From positions 74,593,403 to 74,655,402 of the forward strand of contig NC_057718.1 of assembly GCF_004010195.1 (NCBI RefSeq): DNA of 62,000 bases, in the 5' to 3' direction. How positions within the stretch are numbered: position 1 is the stretch's first letter; each line of letters begins with the position of its first letter. This document shows, in pieces, positions 23,701 to 36,691 of the stretch. The notes beneath the pieces are model-generated. The model saw only the letters and a program-made list of their open reading frames with translations. It was not told the DNA's origin and did no database searches. This DNA is from Chiloscyllium plagiosum. Taxonomy: Eukaryota. The translations under genes were made by a program, and so were the position numbers.

Positions 23701-25290
23701 AACCCTATCAACCTGGGTGGCAACTTTCAGGGATCTATGTACATGAACATTGAGAACTGTCTGCTCATCTACACTACCAAGAATCTTATCATTAGCCCAG
23801 TACTCTGCATTCCTGTTATGCCTTCCAAAGTGAACCACCTCACACTTTTCTGCATTAAACTCCATTTGTCATCTCTCAGCCCAGCTCTGCAGCTTATCTA
23901 TATTCCTCTGTAACCTGCAACATCCTTCAGCACTAGCGATTTTTGAGAAGATTTGTTGCTCAGGTTGATCAGTATGTAAGCTGAGCTTGAAGGTTTGCTT
24001 TCAGACATTTTATCACCATACTAGGTAACATCATCAGTGAGAGTGTCTGGTGAAGCGCTAGTGGTTTGTCCCACCTCTCTATTTATAGGTCTTGGTTTCT
24101 GAAGGTGGGTGATGTCATTTCTGGTTCTTTTCTCAAGGGAAGGTAGATAGGTTCTAAATCAATGTGTTTATTGATGGAGTTCTGGTTAGATTGCCATGCC
24201 TCTAAGAATTCTTGTGCGTGTCTTTGTTTCGCCTGTCCTAGGATGTGTGTGTTGTCCCAGTCGAAGTGGTGTCCTCCTTTGTATGTATAGAAACTGGTGA
24301 TAGTGGGTCATGTCATTTGGTGGCCAGTTGGTGTTCATGTATCTTGGTGGCAAGTTTCCTACTAATTTGTCCGATGAAGTGTTCTTTTTACAGATCTTGC
24401 ATGGTATCTTGTAAATTACATTAGTTTTACTGGTGATATTTAATGGATCCTTTGGGTTAATTAGTCACGTTTAAGTGTGTTAGTAGGTTTGTGGTCTACC
24501 ATGATGCCAAGGAGTCTGAGTAGTCTGGAAGTAATTTCTGATATGTCTTTGATGTAAGGTAATGTGGCTAAAGTTTTTGGTGGCTTGTGTCTGCTCGTTT
24601 GAGTTTGTTTCTGAGGAATCGGCGAATTGTGTTTATCGGGTAGTCGTTTTTCTTGAAAACATTGTATAGATATTCCTCCTCTGCTTTTTGTAGTACTTGG
24701 GTACTGTAGTGTGATGTAGCTTGTTGAAATAATGTCTTGATGCAGCTCGGTTTGTGGGTATTGGGATGATTACCTTCTGAAGGTAAGTATTTGATCCGTC
24801 TGTGTTGTTTTTCTGCAGACTCTGGTTTGAAGCTCTCCATTAACTGTACATTCAACTGTCACGACTAGGAATGGGAGTCCGTTGTCGTTCTGTTCCTTTT
24901 TTGTGAATGTTATGCCTGTCAGGATATTGATGTTGGTGTTGTACGTTTCCTCTAATTTGTTCTGGTTTGTGATGACAAAGGTGTCATCTACGTAGTGGAC
25001 CCAAAGTTTGGGTTGGATAGATGGGAAGGCAGCTTGTTCAATTCTCTTCATTACTGCTTCAGCTATGAGCCCTGATATTGGTGATCCCATAGGTGTTCCA
25101 TTGACTTGTTTGTAGGCTTTGTTATTGAATGCGAAGTGGGTGTGAGGCACAAAAAAAATCATGAGAATTAAACCGGGCAGACATCCAAAATATGAAACCA
25201 GATGGATCCAAAACACCACGCTTCTCTGGATTAGCAAAAATACACAAACCTGGGGCTCCCCTCAGACCCATAGTCTCCCTACCTGGTACA

Positions 25291-25912
25291 AACATCCACC
25301 AATATCATTTATTGTATCCGTTGCTCCCGATGCGGTCTCCTCTACATTGGGGAGACTGGGCGCCTCCTAGCAGAGCGCTTTAGGGAACATCTCCGGGACA
25401 CCCGTACCAATCAACCAGACCGCCCTGTGGCCCAACATTTCAACTCCCCCTCCCACTCAACTGAGGACACGGAGGTCCTGGGCCTCCTTCACCGCCGTTC
25501 CCTCACCACCCGACGCCTGGAGGAAGAATGCCTCATCTTCCGCCTCGGAACACTTCAACCCCAGGGCATCAATGTGGACTTCAACAGTTTCCTCATTTCC
25601 CCTTCCCCCACCTCACCCTAGTTCCAAACTTCCAGCTCAGCACTGTCCCCATAACTTGTCCTACCTGCCTATATTCTTTTCCACCTATCCACTGCACCCT
25701 CCTCCCTGACCTATCACCTTCATCCCCTCCCCCACTCACCTATTGTATTCTATGCTACTTTCTCCCCACCCCACCCTCCTCTCATTTATCTCTCCACCCT
25801 TCAGGCACTCTGCCTGTATTCCTGATGAAGGGCTTTTGCCGGAAACGTCGATTTTACTGCTCCTCGGATGCTGCCTGAACTGCTGTGCTTTTCCAGCACC
25901 ACTAATTTAGAA
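25291..25912 (+). mobile_element. Young Neptune-type PLE 3' fragment (GIY-YIG end + terminus) nested in the Poseidon-type element
   Basis: CIRCSRCGLLYIGET region; EEECLIFRLGTLQPQGIN. TSD tccctacctggtaca / tccctcccttgtaca (25276-25290, 25913-25927). CpG-rich. Confidence 0.88.
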
Positions 25913-27180
25913 TCCCTCCCTTGTACACCAACTTATAGACGAGCCAAAAAACTCCACCAAAAACTAAAACACCTAAATGAAGATTCACTCCATCCAAAAA
26001 TTCCTGAACACCATCAAAGATACCCAGATAGAAGAGGACAAAATAATGGTCTCCTTTGACATTACAACTCTGTTCACATCAGGTAACATCAACTTGGCCA
26101 AAGAAACACTGGCATCACTACTAGGAAAACCAGGACCACAAACACCAGACAGCACCAACTTCATCAGCAAAGACAACATCCTCAAGCTAAAGGTCCTGTG
26201 CCTCACCACCCACTTCATATTCAATAACAAAACCTACAAACAAGTCAATGGAACACCTATGGGATCACCAATATGAGGGCTCATAGTGGAGGCAGTAATG
26301 CTAAGACTTGATAAAGCTGGCCTCCCGTCTATCCAACCCAAACTTTGTGTTCGCTATGCAGATGACACCTTTGCCATCACAAAACAGAACAAATTAGAGG
26401 AAACATACAACACCATCAACAATATCCTGACAGGCATAAAAGTCACAAAAGAGGAGGAGAATGACAACAGACTCCCATTTCTAGACATGACAGTTGAACG
26501 TACATTTAACGGAGAGCATCAAACCAGCGTCGACAAAAAACAACAAACACAGACCAAATACTTAACTTCAGAAGCAATCACCCCAACACCCACAAATGGA
26601 GCTGCATCAAGACATTATTTCAATGAGCATTATTTCACACTGCAGCACCCAAGAACTACAAAAAGCAGAGGAAGAATATCCATACGGGATATCCATACGG
26701 AAAAAACGGGTACCCAATAAACACAATTTGCCGATTCCTCAGAAACAAACCCAAACAAGCAGACACAATGCCACCAAAAACTATAGCTACATTACCTTAT
26801 ATCAAAGACATATCAGAAATTACTTCCAGACTACTCAGACCCACTGGCATCATGGCAGCCCACAAATCTACCAACACACTTAAACAGTGACTAATTAATC
26901 TAAAGGATCCACTAAATAGTACCAGCAAAACTAACGTCATTTACAAGATGCCATGCAAGATCCTCATGCAACACACACATTCTAGGACAGGTGAAACAAA
27001 GACACACACGAGAATTCTTAGAGGCATGGCTTTCTAAGCAGAACTCCATCAATAAACACATCGATTTAGAACCTATCTATCTTCCCTTGAGAAAAGAACT
27101 GGATATGACATCATCCACCTTAAGAAACTAAGACCTATAAATAGAGAGGCAGGACATACCACAAGAGCTTCACTGGAGAC

Positions 27181-27224
27181 TCTCACTGATGATGTTACCT
27201 AGTATGGTGACGAAATGTCTGACA
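27181..27224 (+). ncRNA. Minimal type I hammerhead ribozyme motif in Poseidon-type PLE terminus
   Basis: tca-CTGATGA-t-gttacc(tagtat)ggtgac-GAAA-tGTC-tga. The mirror copy on the minus arm at about 24001-24044 has a G12 mutation. Confidence 0.7.
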
Positions 27225-30200
27225 ACAAACCTTCAAGCTCAGCGAGCTATCTTACATATTTATCCTTCCGCACTATTCACAACTCCACTGACCTTAGTGT
27301 CATCTGCAAATTTACTAACCCATTCTGCTATGCACACATCTAGGACAGTTATAAAAATGACAAAGACCCCAAAACAGATCCTTGCGGTGCACCCCTATTA
27401 ACTGAACTCCAAGACAAACACATTTCCCATCAACGAGCACCCTCTGTCTTCTTTCAGCTAGCCAATTCTGGATTCAAACCGCTAAATTACCCTTCATGCT
27501 ATGCCACCATATTTTGTGCAACAGACTACCGTGAGGAACCTAACCAAACACCTTACTGAAATCCATGTACACCACATCAACCGCTTTATTCTCATCCACC
27601 TGTTTGGTCACCATCTCAAATAAATAAGGTTTGTGAGGCAGAATCTATCCTTCATAAAAGTGTTGACTGTGCCTAATCAACTTATTCCTTTCTAGACAAT
27701 TATAAATCCTATCTCTTATAACCTTTTCTAATACTTTATCCACAACTGAAGTAAGGCTCACTAGTCTATAATTACCAGGGTTATCTCTATTCCCCTTCTT
27801 GAATAAGAGGGCAACATTTGCTATCCTCCAGTCTTCTGGCACTATTCCTGTAGACAATAACAACATATAGGTCAAAGCCAAAGGCTCTACAATCTCATCC
27901 CTGTCTTCCCAGAGAATCCTAGGATAAATCCCATCTGGCCCAGGAGACTTACCTATTTTTCACACTCTCCAGAATTGCTAACATCGCCTCCTTGTGAATC
28001 TCAATCCCATCTAGTCTAGTAGCCCGTATCTCAGTATTCTCCTGGACAACATTGTCTTTTCCAGTGTGAATACCGAGGAAAAATATTCATTTAGCGCTTC
28101 CCCTATCTCCTCAGACTCCACGGACAACTTCCCGCTAATATCCTTGATTGGCCTTAATCTTTCTCTAGTCATTCTTTTATTCCTGATATACCTATAGAAA
28201 GCTTTAGGGTTTTTCTTGCTTCTATCTGCCAACGACTTCTCATGTCCCCTCCTGGCTCTTCTGGTCTTTCCTGGTTAACATGTAACTCTCAAGCTCCAGA
28301 AGTGAGCCTTCACATCTCATCCTAACGTAAGCCTTCTTCTTCCTCTTGACAAGAGATTCAACTTCTTTAGTAAACCACAGCTCCCTCACTCAACTACTTC
28401 CTCCCTGCCTGACAGGTACATATTTATCAAGGACACACAGTAGCTGTTCCTTGAATAAGCTTCACATTTCAATTGTGCCCATCCCCTTCAGTTTCCTTCC
28501 TCATTCTATACATCCTAAATCTTGCCTAATCATATCATAATTGCCATTCCCCCAGCATTCACTCTTGTCTTGTGTTATATACCTAGCCCTTTCCATTGCT
28601 AAAGTAAACATACTAAATTGTGGTCACTATTACCAAAATGCTCACCTACCTCCAAATCTAACACGTGGCCTGGTTCATTACCCAGTACCAAATCCCAGTA
28701 CTCCTTGTTGGCTTGTTTACATACTGTGGGGGGAACCATCCGAGACATATTGGACAAAAACTGATCTGTCTAAAGTACTCGAACTATCGCATTTCCAGTC
28801 AATATTTGGAAAGTTAAAGGCCCCCATAACAACCATCTTTTACTCTTACTCCTATCCAGAATCACCTTTGTTATCATTCCTCTTTCCTTTCCTGTTTCTA
28901 ACCTTAGCCCATACCACCTCAGTAGATGAGTCATCAAATGCCCTTTCTGCAACTTTAATTCTGTCCTTTAATAACAATGCCACACCTCCCCCTCTTTTAC
29001 CATTTTCTCTGTTCTTACTGAAACATCTAAATCCTGGAACCTGCAACAACCATTCCTGTCTCTGCTCTTTCCATGTCTCTGAAATGGCCACAGCATCGAA
29101 GTCTCAGGTACCAACCTATGCTTCAAGTTCATCCACCTTATTCTGGCTACTCCTGGCGTTGAAGTAGAGACACTTCAAACCACCATCCTGCTTGCAGGTG
29201 AACTCTTGCGACCTTGAAACCTCACTTCTGACCTCACTATTCTTAACCTCCTTGTCACTGGAACTATACTTTCGGTTTTCATCTCCCTGCTGAATTAGTT
29301 TAAACCCTCCCAAAGAGCATTACCAAACCTTCCCCCTTGGATATTGGTACTCCTCTGGTTCAGGTGTAGACCATCCTGTCTGTAGAGGTCCCACCTACCC
29401 CAGAATGAGCCCCAATTATCCAAATATCCGAAATCCTCCCTCCACTCTATTCCCACCAGCACGGAAGTTCATTGGATCAAGCTCCAATCAGCTATTGGTA
29501 GCCTGACAGGCAACATTCTCAGCTTATCAGGTACCTCGACACTGAAGTCTTATCCTATCAAAAGCTGCCAGCCCATTAAAGGTTATGACAATTAAGGAAT
29601 GTACAAGATTAAAAGAAAAAATCTGAGAACATGCTCAGAAATGAAACTAAATCTGAGGATTGGGAATTTTTTAGAATACAGCAAAGGCGGAACAAGATGC
29701 CGATAAGAAAAAGAATAGAATATAAATACAATCTAGAAAAAAAAACTTAAAAATGGATTCTAAAACTTCTACAGGTATGTAAAAAGGAAATATTTAGTTA
29801 ATATGAATGTGAGTGGGAAAATTTATAACTAGGAATAGAGAAATGCCAGAGAAGCTAAATGGTTACTTTAGACAGAATCTTATTTAGGCCTGAATGACAT
29901 GGGCTATGGAAGGAAATGTGCTAGAATTGTGTGAGAAGTCCACTGAGGCCTAGTAATTCATTGAATCTTTTAAATAAGTTCTCAGCTTCAGTGTGAGACT
30001 CATGCTAGGAAGTGACGAGTTGCCTATTAAAGAAGATTACTACTTGGTAATAACCTTATTATCAGCTCACCTCATTAATATACAGATTCTTATACAGCCA
30101 CTTGATGCAAGCAAGTTAGATGCCAAGAATCGTTGACACAAAAGTCAGAGCGGGTAACTGGTGACTTCGGCTCGCCATTGGCTATGACAAGCCTCCACGT

Positions 30201-30888
30201 TGCTCACTAAATAACAGCATCTCCAGAAATGATCCTTCCACGCCAACTGCACAGACCTCTTTCCCATGGCATCTGATAACTGACCAACCCTCAGGATCAT
30301 GATGGTACTTCTGTTGCAGGATTCCAAGGAAGTATAGATCTTCACTGCAGTATTGAAAGACTGCTTCAAGGGAATGTTTCATGCAGGGATAGGCACCCAA
30401 CTCATAGATTGAACCAAGCTTCATCTAAGGGCTGCTCACTTGCTCGTTTAGCATTGGCTGATCATTAGCACAGTCACTCAATCTGGCAGCTTGCCTGGTT
30501 GATCAGCAGTCCTAAGAAGGTGTATATTTCGACGTACAACACTGTACTTTGCCCATCACATACTTGCACCATATGCTAGCAGCTTATGTGACAAGCACGC
30601 TGCATATACAGGAAGCAAAGTCCATTGTAGCACATGTCAGTCAAGCCTTCTGATACAGTAAGTCGAGGCTAGCCTCCAGTATCAGTCCAAAGGATTAGCC
30701 ATGGTCAAGCATCTAGTTGGGTGTTTTTGGTCAGGGAATCCCTGTTTCTACAGCCAAGGGAGTGGGTCACCATAAGTCCTTTAGTTCTATAACAGCCACT
30801 CTGTGTGGTGCTGGGGTGTGGGGGTGGGCTAGCTCAATGAGAGGAGATGTATAGCCATCCAACAGGAGTTGGGTACTTCTCATGCAGG

Positions 30889-31030
30889 TAAAAGCAAGGA
30901 CTGCAGATGCTGGAAACCAGATTCTAGATTAGAGTGGTGCTGGAAAAGCACAGCAGTTCAGGCAGCATCCAAGGAGCAGGAAAATCGGCGTTTTGGGCAA
31001 AAGCTTTTCAAGCACCACTCTAATCTAGGA
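30889..31030. mobile_element. 142-bp fold-back PLE-terminus insertion with 14-bp TSD
   Basis: acttctcatgcagg at 30875-30888 and 31031-31044. Arms ctagattagagtggtgct / agcaccactctaatctag. Confidence 0.85.
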
Positions 31031-31459
31031 ACTTCTCATGCAGGGCTGGATGGTGAGGTCTTTCAAGGAAGTAGGACATGACCTGTTTGTCAACTTCATC
31101 CAGAGAAACTAGGGAAAAGGGAGACAGTGGGAAGGTGCTACAAGTAATACTGCGATCGGAAGGAGACTTGAAAACTAATTTGTAGCTTTGAGGGCTGCAG
31201 GCTTGGGAATGACAATTGTGAAATGGTGGTAAATGTAAATTGTAAGGTGGGGGTGTAAACAATAAAGCATGGATGGGGACAGGGTAGTGTGGGACAGGGG
31301 TTTGGTCCAAATTTGGGACATCCAAAGATGCTGAACTTTATATATGCTACTATATGACAAAATAATCTATCTTTCATATCTCATAAAATGGTAAACTACA
31401 AATTTGGCTGATCCCACTTGTGGCCCCGACAGGTGTCAGTATGCACATACTCTTTAATG

Positions 31460-31600
31460 CAGCACAATGCTGAAGTGTTGCATTGTCACAGTTCTTTAAA
31501 ATGGCCTCTCAAGTGGAAATAAAATACCTCTCAATAATTCCTTAAAAACAAATTAATCTGGTCATTATCCCATTGTTGTTTGTAGGGCTGGTGCCATGTA
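31460..31600 (+). mobile_element. Old DeuSINE-like (SacSINE1/AmnSINE-type) remnant
   Basis: gtgttgcattgtc..cctctcaagtgga..aaacaaattaatctggtcattatcccattgttgtttgt resembles the Deu-domain consensus as recalled. Confidence 0.5.
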
Positions 31601-31999
31601 ATACAAGTTCTTCTTTTTATTCTTCCACAGTTACAAATGGCAAGTTGAGAGATCCCCTGTGAAAACTGTTTTCATACAGTGAAGAATTATCAAAATACAA
31701 TCCAATTTGAGAACATGGGGAATGGGCATCACCATACAGACAGTGCTTGGAAGTAATATAAATGAATCAACGGTGGGGTATGGTTCACAATTTATGTATT
31801 TTTCCTGAACAGTATAGAAGCTACATGTGGTTAGGTTTAACCTGAACAATCTTCAATTGCTCTGTTCTACTAATTAGATGGACAAGCATCTTAATGATGA
31901 CAACTGAAGCTCCACAGCAAAACTAATAGTAAAAAATACTTTGCAAACTGGTTTTCTCATAAGCCTCTTTCAGAAACTATGTCAATCTAAGCTATTAGT

Positions 32000-32130
32000 T
32001 TCAGGATGTTTCAAAGCATTTTACAACTGATTAAGTAGGTGTGAGGTGCAGTTTTAATGCAGCTAATTTAAGTACAGCAAAGGTGCAACAATTAGCAATG
32101 GACCAGAAGCATTTATGTTAGACAAAGTGA
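32000..32130 (-). mobile_element. Old DeuSINE-like 3' remnant
   Basis: tcaggatgtttcaaagcattttacaactgattaagta..gcagctaatttaagtacagcaa resembles the reverse complement of the recalled Deu/L2-type tail. Confidence 0.45.
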
Positions 32131-33233
32131 GATGATTGTTTATATAGATTGAGGATTACCACCCACACTATTACCTTGAGGCTCAGCATGCAGGCAGTTC
32201 CCAGGTCTACCTGAATCAGAATGGGAAGTGAATACACATTTTTGGCATTAATGTGAAATATGTGATAGCCATCTAGCCAACTGAGCTTACAGACCCCTCA
32301 ATAGGCAAATTTTTGCCAATTATGAACAGCTGGATCAACTTTCTTTCATCACGTTGTAAGTACTCTGCCCAAAAGGCAGATCTATGGTCCATTGTCTGTT
32401 TACACTTAATTCTTAGCTGTCTTCTTGGCAGTTTTGGCTGGTTTGCCATTGGTGAGAAGCTTCAAAATCTAAGGGTAGAAAAGGAGCTATGTACCAAATC
32501 TACCTCAGCCTCAATGGAAATTAACCTTTTCACTTTTGCCAGCTGTACCATTTAATCTTTGTAAAACCATTTAGATTTGTGGTAATCAATTGCCTTGTAA
32601 TGTTTATCATCTCCTGATCAGGAATACACTTTTTCTCTGGATATAAGAATACCATCAGATAATTAACTCTCAGCATTTCTCACGCCTTTGGGATAGTAAG
32701 ATATTTTAGCTCCATTGAAAAGGTGATAACATAACTGAATAAACTATTAAATGAATAAAGATTTTATGCAAGGACACAGCTGATGAACATTTGAATTGGT
32801 ACATATAAAATAAATCACAAATAAATGGGAGCCCTTTTATTACAATCCCATTGAGCTCACATCAGGCACAGAAAATAGCATGCAGATGACTTGGGAATGG
32901 ATCTTCACGGCTGGCATCATTGAAGCCTGTTCATTTTAGTCTACTACCAAAGAAGTAACAAGGCTCCAGGGGGAGCCTTGAAGCTGTGTTCAATTTTAGA
33001 CTGTCAACGAAAATAAATGGGATGTATCTAAAGTTAAGTAGCTAATAAGCAGTTTGTAAGTTTCTTAAGTGCCAGATTTGAATGCATTATAGAGGTGTAA
33101 TAAATTGTTAGAGGACATCATTTTAATACTGCAATGAATGACAATGAGGTAGAAACCAATATAGGTGCATTACCCAGGCAGCAGGTTGTGGATGGGGTCA
33201 CTATGGCTGAATGCCTGCCCCTCTTCTGTGTTA

Positions 33234-33561
33234 TAGATTAGATTAGATTAGATTACTTACAGTGTGGAAACAGGCCCTTCGGCCCAACAAGTCCACACCG
33301 ACCCACCGAAGCGCAATCCACCCAGAACCATTCCCCTACATTTACCCCTGCACCTAACACTACGGACAATTTAGCATGGCCAATTCACCTGACCTGCACA
33401 TTTTTGGACTGTGGGAGGAAACCGGAGCACCCGGAGGAAACCCACGCAGACACAGGGAGAATGTGCAAACTCCACACAGTCAGTCGCCTGAGGCGGGAAT
33501 TGAACCCAGGTCTCTGGCGCTGTGAGGCAGTAGTGCTAACCACTGTGCCACTGTGCCACCC
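33234..33561 (-). mobile_element. Full-length HE1-type V-SINE
   Basis: (tagat)n tail, V-domain and tRNA-like head in reverse complement. Confidence 0.92.
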
Positions 33562-33830
33562 TGTTATGTTCAGGTCTGGGTGTTCCTGGAGAAGAAGCAC
33601 GCAGTTGTCAAAAAATACCCTTGAGGTTTTCAGGAAAAGGTGAGCACCACAGGCCATGGAGTGTTTTATTTTCCCCTTTGATTCGATTTTGATTTAATCC
33701 TGCCCTCCCCTTCACTTTTTTGATCATTTAGACATCGCCCTCTGATGAGAAGGGCACTGCTTGTCACTGGCCACTTAGGTGATTTTCCTTCTTGACGGTG
33801 GAATGTCAATAAAGTTTTCTACTCACATTG
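33562..33830 (+). mobile_element. Possible L1/Tx1-type LINE 3' end
   Basis: NTLEVFRKR*APQ resembles the F..RW.P C-terminus of Tx1-type ORF2, followed by a UTR with aataaa. Confidence 0.4.
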
Positions 33831-35280
33831 TTCTTTACACGCACACGACATTGGTTCTGGGGAGAAAAATGCACTGATGCTGTTTGGTGGTAGTGTGGAG
33901 GTTTTACAGAATATAACTAGGAGATTAGAACCTCCTCAGTTCAGGCAACTGACTCCAAGCTGGCTGGCCACAGCCAGTGTACTGAGGTTGGTAAAAAAAA
34001 GCACACAAAAAAGATGCAGTTCCCTAATTTTTTACGGCCATAAATAATAGGCAAATATGTGACGGGCTTACAGGAAGACAGTGTTTAGAAGTTGTGTTTG
34101 AGCCAGTCATTTTTTTTAAAAGCACACATGAAAGTGAAAGGGAAGTTTGAGAGATGGATTCATCAGCATTTGTTTTGAAAGATCTTACTGAGATTTTTGG
34201 AAATAAAATTCATCACTGATGTAATCACAAACGTACAAAATCTTTAAACATAAGTGCATCTGTCTGGGAAGACACAAGGAAATCATGACTTTGAAAACAG
34301 CAACATGATTATACTATCTCAAGTCTGTTAACCTTCACATTAATTATGACAATGCCTGTAACAGTCAATACTTTCACTGTCCTTAACTATCACAGGCTCA
34401 TTCCAAGCTTCCACACAGTCATTAGAAGTATCAATTAATCTGCAATGCACAGAATCATCAAATAGGTCACTAATACATTATTAAAGCAAATACGTTTACC
34501 AACTGGTTCTCTGGTAAACCTAGTTAGAGACAAAAAAGAACTGCAGATGCTGGAATCCAAAGTAGAAAAGCAGGAGGCTCGAAGAACACAGGCAGCATTA
34601 GGAGGTGGAGAAGTATTGGGTATAACCCTTCTTCAGGAATGGAGGTGGGAGCAGCGGCAGCTGCAGATAAAGTCATGGGGGTGGGGTGGCTTGGTAAGGT
34701 GGGTTATGGATGGCAAGAGGGTCGGAATGGTAGGGAAATGTTAGGTGAATACAGGTGGTGTGTACGACCTGACTGGTTGATGGGAGGAATGAATCCGTTT
34801 GATAGCTGAAAGGGGCGATAGGAGTAATGGCAGTGAGGAGGCTTTCAGGGCTCCTGGAGAGAGAGTCGGGGGCTGGAGAGGGAGTCGGGGGATGGATGGG
34901 ATGGTAATTTGAAATTGGAGAACTCAATATTGAGTCCTCCAGGCTGTAGACTGCTCTGGCGGAAGATAAGGTGTTGTTCCTCAATTTATGGTCTGATTCG
35001 CTGAGGCAATGGAGGAGGCCGAACATGGACATGTCAGAGAGGGAGTGGGAAGGGGAATTGAAACGGGCAATGACCAGATATGTGTGGTGAAACGTTCCTT
35101 AGTTTACATTTGGTCTCACCGATGTAGAGAAGACAACATCGGGAGTATTGGATGCAGTAAACTAGGTTGGAAGAGATGCAGATGAACCTCTATCTCACCT
35201 GGAAGGACTGTTTGAGGTCCTGGATGGAGGTGAGGGAGGTGGTGTGCTGGCAAGTTCTACATCTTTTATGGGTGCTAGAC

Positions 35281-35322
35281 NNNNNNNNNNNNNNNNNNNN
35301 NNNNNNNNNNNNNNNNNNNNNN
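35281..35322. other. Assembly gap (42 N)
   Basis: Run of N. Confidence 1.
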
Positions 35323-35558
35323 ATGGACTAAGGAGTGACAAGGAATATAATCCTTATGGAAGGCAGAGAGGGTTGTGAAGGGGAAGATGTTTTTGGTGGT
35401 GGGGTCCAGTTGGAGTTGCCAGAAGTGTATGAGGATGCGGAGACTAGTGAAGTGGGAAGTAGGACAAAGCGGACCTTGTCTGTATTATGCTGGAGGGTGG
35501 GGGTGGAGCGGGAAATGGAAAAGGTGTAGCGGAGGTCTATCTGGATGACGGAGATGGG

Positions 35559-36363
35559 TGTTATGAGGTTGAAGGTGTGCACTGTACCTTTAAGAGAGAG
35601 AGAATGCTGTTCTGAACTGAGAGCTTACAAGCACCTGTGTATATAACTAGATGGCAGTCCCAGAGTGTACTGGAAAATTGAAAATATGTCACATTTGGCT
35701 GTGAAATGGATACCTGAGGTGTGGTTGCTGTTTTGACACAATTCAAATTTAACCAATCAGTTTAAGTTATGCCCAGGATACCAAAATCTAATTGAGTTTG
35801 AATTTATTATTTTCCCAACATCGAAACAATGAGATGATCCAATGTTGGGTGGTATAAGAATGCAGACATTTTGAAAATTCATCAGAGAGCAACTGCCATT
35901 GAGCGAGAGAGAGAGATAACTGCCAATATAACATCTTGCTCTCCAAGAAATAAGAAAACACTCTCTATCAAAGGTACTTTTTCATGTGAATCATACTCGC
36001 AGTAAAAAGAAAGATGACCCATGGAGATCAATAGTCAGAAGAATGAAGATGCAGAAGAATACAGAGACTATGTGGTTTTAAATTAAGTTGACGTAATTTT
36101 AATAAGTGTATTATTGGAACAGTTTATTGTTATAGAGTTGGAGGCAGATAGTAAGCAGTTAAGAGAAGGGGGAGGCTTAGATTTATGAATAGCTTTAGTT
36201 TAATGTTCACTTATAGAGTTAGAAAGTAAAATGGTGTTATTTTCTTTAAATAGTGGAATTCGGGAGGTCTCTGTCACACATATTTTAACTGATTACGATG
36301 CAAGGTGAGTATTTCTGGGTGTTTAGTTTAATTAACAGAGGGGTTCGCCTCCATGTTCTAACA
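35559..36363 (+). repeat. 5' LTR
   Basis: tgttatg...ccatgttctaaca; direct repeat of 40746-41541. Confidence 0.92.
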
Positions 36364-36367
36364 GATT

Positions 36368-36386
36368 TGGGGGCTCAGGTCCGGGA
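36368..36386 (+). promoter_or_regulatory. Primer-binding site, tRNA-Pro-like
   Basis: tgggggctcaggtccggga starts 4 nt after the LTR and resembles canonical PBS-Pro TGGGGGCTCGTCCGGGAT with a small insertion. Confidence 0.75.
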
Positions 36387-36691
36387 ACTGGATAGATTTG
36401 GACAGGTTTAGACAGATCCAGTTGAGATTTGGACAGATTTGAACTGATTTAGGGTACGAGAGATCCCAGCAGATTTAAACACTTGGTGATTAGTATCTAA
36501 AACTTTAAATAAAACTTAGGTGAGAAAATTTAATTTCCGTTACTTGTGGTTGGTTACATTAAAAGTGAAGGAAATGGCTACTAAGATTGCTGAAGAAGTT
36601 CTGGGGTTTGAAGATGCTTCCTAAATTTGCCAAAAGAAAGACGGAGGAAGGACATACTTTAAGAAGTAACAAATAGGTCAGAATTGGGTTT

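Larger units (their letters stand above)
23936..27261. mobile_element. Fold-back Poseidon/Penelope-type PLE (minus arm to about 25150, plus arm from about 25160)
   Basis: PLE RT motifs MVSFDITTLFT, KQVNGTPMGSPISG, KLWVHYVDDTF and LPFLD, most present on both arms. TSD atccttc(a/c)gcacta at 23922-23935 and 27262-27275. Confidence 0.9.
22973..29440 (-). mobile_element. CR1/HER1-type LINE (ORF1 end to 3' tail, decayed), split by a PLE insertion at 23936-27261
   Basis: ORF1 esterase GRWDLYRQDGLHLN near 29345-29400. APE motifs LYFNARS, AISETW, GGGVALL. RT-region pieces GIVPEDWRIANV and PHLEYCVQFWS. Sequence is continuous across the TSD. Confidence 0.9.

Noticed and set aside
28541..29167. 208-aa plus-strand ORF
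   Set aside because: It is antisense to the CR1 endonuclease region.
30120..30870. GC-balanced stretch that may be an old retroelement
   Set aside because: No diagnostic motif could be read, so it was left unannotated.
33742..33775. CTGATGA that could start a hammerhead
   Set aside because: There is no following stem II-GAAA-NUH arrangement.
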